IMG/VR virus record: IMGVR_UViG_3300021387_001157
Span: 32,001 to 96,000 of that record
Direction: 5' to 3' (one strand)
Source of the DNA: a virus
Lineage: Duplodnaviria > Caudoviricetes
Length of the DNA: 64,000 bases
This document shows positions 59,548 through 64,000 of this stretch, piece after piece. The stretch's first letter is position 1, and the number at the start of each line of letters is the position of its first letter. The notes beneath the pieces are model-generated. The model did not search any database and was not told where the DNA came from. It was given only the letters and a program-made list of their open reading frames with translations. The translations under genes and the position numbers were made by a program.

Positions 59548-60371
59548 TCATCTATTAAGTCTTTTTCACGAAGCATTTCGTAGCACTTTCTTACGTCAAG
59601 TTTGTATCTAGATTTGTATTCAGTTCCTCCGTAGTAGTCATTTTCCTCGAAATTATCAATTTCAACACACTCACTGAAAATTCTCTTGTATTGGATGAAT
59701 GAAATGTTCGGGCATACATTCTCCAAAAGTTTGTCGAAATCGGTGAACTCTGGTTGCTCATCCGGTTCTATATCACCATGATTTCCCCAACAGTCTCCCC
59801 ACTCACCTCCACGAGACCAGTCGTCACTGTAATAATACTTATCCTCTTGGTCCCAACTTTTGTCAATCAGTGGTTGGAAGTAGAAATCCCAGTTTCCGTT
59901 AGTGAAGACATATCTGTGTTTGAACGAAAGATGCACATTTTTGTCCATATTATAGACAAATCTTCTTATCCTGCACTCATCAACTTCCTCGAATGGAATA
60001 TTGTTGATTGTTACAGAAACGTTTCTTCCATCGGCTCTACGAATGATGTTTTCACGGCAAGCATCTCTGTCTTTGTTCCAGTAGACAATAGTCAAATCGT
60101 GTCGAGCACCACCACATTTTTCAAAAAAGTCGTGGGTTTCCTTTATGATGTCTTCTAGTTTTTTTTGTGTTGTGATAAGTGAGTCTATCACCAGGTCGTG
60201 TTTGAAGACACCCTTCAAACCGGATAAGACTTCACTGATTGGTTTGTACTTTCCATCAACAATGTAGTCGTCCATATGCACAATAGAAGTCCAGTTGTTC
60301 TCTAATCTTTTCGTATAGAACGTTTTTCCACTACCCGGCAGACCGTATAATATTGTTATATTTCTCGGCAT
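59544..60371 (-). CDS. P-loop kinase (AAA_33/Pnk-like) with a C-terminal domain
   Basis: GLPGSGKT, VID, C..NI.RR lid. Confidence 0.7.
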   Translation of the reverse strand: MPRNITILYGLPGSGKTFYTKRLENNWTSIVHMDDYIVDGKYKPISEVLSGLKGVFKHDLVIDSLITTQKKLEDIIKETHDFFEKCGGARHDLTIVYWNKDRDACRENIIRRADGRNVSVTINNIPFEEVDECRIRRFVYNMDKNVHLSFKHRYVFTNGNWDFYFQPLIDKSWDQEDKYYYSDDWSRGGEWGDCWGNHGDIEPDEQPEFTDFDKLLENVCPNISFIQYKRIFSECVEIDNFEENDYYGGTEYKSRYKLDVRKCYEMLREKDLIDE

Positions 60372-60373
60372 AA

Positions 60374-61594
60374 TTATTCCTCCTTTTCTGCTTTCTTTTC
60401 TTTTATAACTTCAATACACTTCTCAAGGAAGTTAATGTGTTGGTCATAATCAACATCTTGACGATAGTAGTTTGTGACACCCCAAGTCAATTCAAGAATA
60501 TGGAGACCATCTAGTAGAGCTGCTGTCTCAACAACTTCTTTCATATACTCAGGTTTAAGGTGTTCTTCATAAAATCCGAACTGTGAAAGGATGCAGTTGT
60601 TCATACCAAGTCCATCTCTGTAATGGAATAGACCATTACTATAACAATGTCGTCTGAACGTATATCTATCTTCACTTATTGATGGTCTGATGAAGTCAAA
60701 CATCTCAAGTTCTTTACTTTTTTCCTCTTTTGTTTTCTTTTTGTAGTCTTCAATCAAGTCTTTAACCATCTCTTCTGTGAATACACCGTTTTTACCGGTT
60801 GTCCCAATAAATGAACGATAGTAGTTAAATAACATTTTCTCACGTTTTTCAAAATTCATCAAATCACACTCTTTCTTGAAGATACTTTCGAAAAATGTTT
60901 CCTCGAATTCCTCTGGAACACCACATCCGATTTTTTCACAAAGTTGTGCAAGGGTGTGGGAGGTCTTTGTCATATCACCAAAATCGTTTTCCAACCACAC
61001 ATAGCATCTTTCCTTTAATGTGGGTAATGTGTCGTGTTCCCATCTGATGACTGGGTAGTTGTTTTCTTCACCAAGTTTGTTCTCTCTGTAACCGAGAGAT
61101 TCTATGTACTCGTGTGGAATTCTCCAGAAATATCTGTCTTTCTTCTTGGGGTTTGCAATAGAAACAATATGGTCAAAGATTTTCTCGTGCTCCATAATGT
61201 ATGTCAGAGTTAATTCAGTATCTGTATAACCGCTGTGGTCCAAAATGGTTTTGAGAACTTCTTTTGCAATCTCGTTCTCATTTTCCATCTGGTCTTCACA
61301 ACCACAACACGTTCTCTCGGCGAGGTCAACGAGTTTTGTTGTTTCCATACTGAAGAACTTTTCGAGTTCATCTATTGCCGGTGTTCTGTCAATGTTTTCT
61401 ATACCACCATAGTCATTGTACTCACCTCTGATTGGAACTGAGATTGGTACAAATGAATGACCAGGTGAAAAGTCATCAAGTTCTTGACCGATATTTGTTT
61501 TCTTAGTTGGTCTTACACCGACAATCACAACAATTCTGTCACCATAAGTTATAGGCAGGTTTGAAAAATTTCCTTTGTGGTTAAAACATCCCAT
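60374..61594 (-). CDS. Conserved phage hypothetical protein
   Basis: MGCFN....SNLPI..GD and P.RGEYNDYG motifs. Confidence 0.75.
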   Translation of the reverse strand: MGCFNHKGNFSNLPITYGDRIVVIVGVRPTKKTNIGQELDDFSPGHSFVPISVPIRGEYNDYGGIENIDRTPAIDELEKFFSMETTKLVDLAERTCCGCEDQMENENEIAKEVLKTILDHSGYTDTELTLTYIMEHEKIFDHIVSIANPKKKDRYFWRIPHEYIESLGYRENKLGEENNYPVIRWEHDTLPTLKERCYVWLENDFGDMTKTSHTLAQLCEKIGCGVPEEFEETFFESIFKKECDLMNFEKREKMLFNYYRSFIGTTGKNGVFTEEMVKDLIEDYKKKTKEEKSKELEMFDFIRPSISEDRYTFRRHCYSNGLFHYRDGLGMNNCILSQFGFYEEHLKPEYMKEVVETAALLDGLHILELTWGVTNYYRQDVDYDQHINFLEKCIEVIKEKKAEKEE

Positions 61595-61645
61595 ATTATA
61601 TTTTTTTCTAAAAGATACTATTTTTATTTGAAAAAAAAAACAAAA

Positions 61646-62734
61646 TTAAATTTTAGGATTGTCATAAGTTATTATGTTTTCAAATACTTTGTTGAACTCC
61701 GCCACCCTATCCATCTCATCACAATGTGTGAGTTCAACAATATAACTCTCTTCTCCACAATCTTCTTCAATCCTTTCTTTTAGTTCTCCGATATCGAGTT
61801 TTGAGTATTTGAACTCACCTTGTCCCTCGTTAAAATGATTTGTCCGGTCTTCTTTGATTCCAGTTGAAATTACTGCTCGATTTAATTGTGAAAACTCACC
61901 ATCACCATGTCGTGTAAGGTATGGTCTTGTTACATAGTGTAAAAAAGTGTTGCAATTTTTTTCGGTCAATCCAATTTGATTCATTATTATTTTTGAATAA
62001 CTTATTCCCGTATCTGATGGGGTTGTATCATAAGTATCTTTACCAGTGTCTTTTAAAAGTAACCCTTGACCATTTTCGAAAATAAAGTTGTCAAATTTAA
62101 ATAGTCTTTCACTATCTGCTGAAATAGGAATCGTGTTCTCGAACATGAATGTGCAGTCATCGATGAAATGCCAAACCAAATTTTGGTCGTTCCATATTTT
62201 TTTCCATTTGTCTGGTATTGTTATCTTTTTTTCGTAGTAACTCTTGACTTTCATCAAATAATCAAATCTTATCTGAACTGGAATATCATCACAAAAGTGG
62301 TCGAAACCAATAGTTGATGTTTCTTTGTATCTTATTATTGTGTTCCATATTCCCATCCTACAAGAAGCGTGGGAACCTTTCAGTTCCTCCATTATAGAGT
62401 TTGCAATCATATCGAATGGTGTTGACCAGCGACAATTTACGTCACGATAAGTCACAACGGGTTTAACAACCAACTCGTTCCATTCTTTTACAAATTGCAT
62501 TGGGTTCAATATGAAAAAAGAAGAATAGTAGTTGGTTGCACCGTAATATGTTCCGGAACCGAAGTGTTGAAAGGTGTGTTCTCCAATATCTGTTATCACG
62601 GAATGACCTCTTTGGGAACCTCCGTTTGTTAAGATATTAAGGACTTTTTCACTTTCTTTGGTGTACTTCGCCACCACAGTACCTTTGCCTTCGTCACCAT
62701 TACATGAACCAACTACTATTCTTGCTGTTTTCAT
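61646..62734 (-). CDS. Divergent adenylosuccinate synthetase-like protein
   Basis: GDEGKG, NGGSQRGH, HFGSG, FENGQGLLL, TPSDTG, YLTRHGDG. Confidence 0.85.
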   Translation of the reverse strand: MKTARIVVGSCNGDEGKGTVVAKYTKESEKVLNILTNGGSQRGHSVITDIGEHTFQHFGSGTYYGATNYYSSFFILNPMQFVKEWNELVVKPVVTYRDVNCRWSTPFDMIANSIMEELKGSHASCRMGIWNTIIRYKETSTIGFDHFCDDIPVQIRFDYLMKVKSYYEKKITIPDKWKKIWNDQNLVWHFIDDCTFMFENTIPISADSERLFKFDNFIFENGQGLLLKDTGKDTYDTTPSDTGISYSKIIMNQIGLTEKNCNTFLHYVTRPYLTRHGDGEFSQLNRAVISTGIKEDRTNHFNEGQGEFKYSKLDIGELKERIEEDCGEESYIVELTHCDEMDRVAEFNKVFENIITYDNPKI

Positions 62735-62746
62735 TTGTTTGTTATT

Positions 62747-63640
62747 TTACCAAGTAATCTCACCGTTCTCGTTAATCATCATATTAATCATCATATTTTG
62801 AGTAGGAACGGCTTCCTCTAAATTTGAACTACCTTCAATAGATTCATCAATACATTCTTCAATTGTTTTTGACAAATCATTGACAGTAGAGACCTTTAGT
62901 CTATTACCAAGTGTATGACCGAATGTGTCTTCGATACCTCTTCTGTGGTAAATGTATGAATTATTAGTGTCATTGACAGCGATGTGGAAGACATCGAATT
63001 TTTCAATCACTTTTAAATAGAGTTCCGGAGTTTCAATATCACTCTGTTCTGTGGAACCAATCTTGTCGTTAAGTTGATTTTTTGGTAGATAAGGATTGAG
63101 TTCCTCGTCACCCATTGTGATGATGATACCTTTACGACCTTGATTATTGGCATCGAGTTTTGTACGATTTAGTCCCATGTACCATGCTGCCGTATAACTT
63201 TCGAAAGAATTACCACCACCACCATGTTCCATGTAGATTTTGTCGAGACACTCGGCAATTCTTACATCACTCTCGAACTGAGACATCTGAATTGGTGCAT
63301 TGTCATAGGCGAGGTCTCCAATACCCATCACACAAAATTCGATGTCCTTATACTTTTTGTATAAGTTGGACATGATTACTCCGAGTGCTTCGGCACACTC
63401 CTTACACGAGTTACCCATACTTCCTGTCACATCGAGTGCCAAGATTACTGGGATGGTATTAGGGTGTTCGTCAGAATTGACACACTCACGAATGGTGAAT
63501 TTTCTTGGGTCAAGATTTGGGTCAAGATGACTCATAGTATATTCTTGACCAATAATTCTTCCCGAAGAGATGTCATAACTTTTACCCAATGATGTACTAT
63601 AACTAGCATATGCTGTGGTTGACCAAGTTCCTGAACCCAT
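62747..63640 (-). CDS. vWA-domain protein
   Basis: MGSG.W, LALDVTGSM, GGGGN..ESY, MGDE. Confidence 0.85.
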   Translation of the reverse strand: MGSGTWSTTAYASYSTSLGKSYDISSGRIIGQEYTMSHLDPNLDPRKFTIRECVNSDEHPNTIPVILALDVTGSMGNSCKECAEALGVIMSNLYKKYKDIEFCVMGIGDLAYDNAPIQMSQFESDVRIAECLDKIYMEHGGGGNSFESYTAAWYMGLNRTKLDANNQGRKGIIITMGDEELNPYLPKNQLNDKIGSTEQSDIETPELYLKVIEKFDVFHIAVNDTNNSYIYHRRGIEDTFGHTLGNRLKVSTVNDLSKTIEECIDESIEGSSNLEEAVPTQNMMINMMINENGEITW

Positions 63641-63643
63641 AGA

Positions 63644-64000
63644 TTAGTCCTCCTCTTCTACTTCGTCAATCTTGTTAGTCTTTTCGTCATCTTCCTCTTC
63701 GTCATCATCGTTGAAGTCGAGGTCGAAGTCGAACATTCCCTCGAATGGGTTGCCGGTGTTTTTACCATCCATCATCATGGACATTGCCATCATTTGTCCA
63801 AAGTTACTCATACCGTTAGTGTTTCCACCACCAAGCATCTGGGTCATCATCATCATCTTTATCATCATTTTTAGACCCTTACCATTCTTGAAGGTGTTAC
63901 CGAACATTGAAACAATCTTACCGTAGAAGTAGGTACTTCCCATAAAGATGTGGCGTTCAGGAACAACCTCACGAATTTCGGAGTTCTCATAGTCGATGAC
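63644..64000 (-). CDS. Met-rich hypothetical protein (5' part outside the window)
   Basis: Frame open to the window edge (VIDYENSEIREVVPERHIF-MGSTYFYGKIVSMFG...). Confidence 0.7.
   Translation of the reverse strand, partial: VIDYENSEIREVVPERHIFMGSTYFYGKIVSMFGNTFKNGKGLKMMIKMMMMTQMLGGGNTNGMSNFGQMMAMSMMMDGKNTGNPFEGMFDFDLDFNDDDEEEDDEKTNKIDEVEEED

Noticed and set aside
61646-62734. PurZ / Z-genome
   Set aside because: Retains the Asp in GDEGKG; no DatZ or MazZ recognised in the window.
1-64000. TAG recoding as in Lak phages
   Set aside because: Conserved genes (metK, helicase, ABC, sigma) are uninterrupted in code 11, and TAG ends some genes plausibly.

Overview
AT-rich 64-kb segment that reads as a jumbo phage infecting Bacteroidota. 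Host evidence: TTTG-N19-TATCTTTG promoters, a Bacteroidota-type TonB C-terminal domain and a DUF5020-like porin. The standard genetic code appears to be used. The first 6.8 kb (+ strand) carries Thr/Ser/Gly-rich fibre genes. Almost everything else is a dense minus-strand accessory region: two glycosyltransferases, a DUF2828 TROVE/vWA protein, SmpB, three Pol-beta nucleotidyltransferase genes, a Dda-like helicase, NMNAT, a CX5R phosphatase, CoaD, an EcoRI-family MTase, a sigma70 factor, NUDIX, MetK, GNAT, a P-loop kinase, and a divergent PurA plus vWA pair. Most notable: (1) a phage-encoded envelope module (SBP-OmpA fusion, ABC permease and ATPase, membrane-anchored PspA-like protein with partner, beta-barrel); (2) a 1.2-kb non-coding locus with two tandem-repeat arrays where GC skew flips without a change in gene strand (candidate origin); (3) three promoter classes plus a phage sigma; (4) a putative RNA-repair/ribosome-rescue toolkit. 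All family calls come from motif recognition by eye; no database searches were run.
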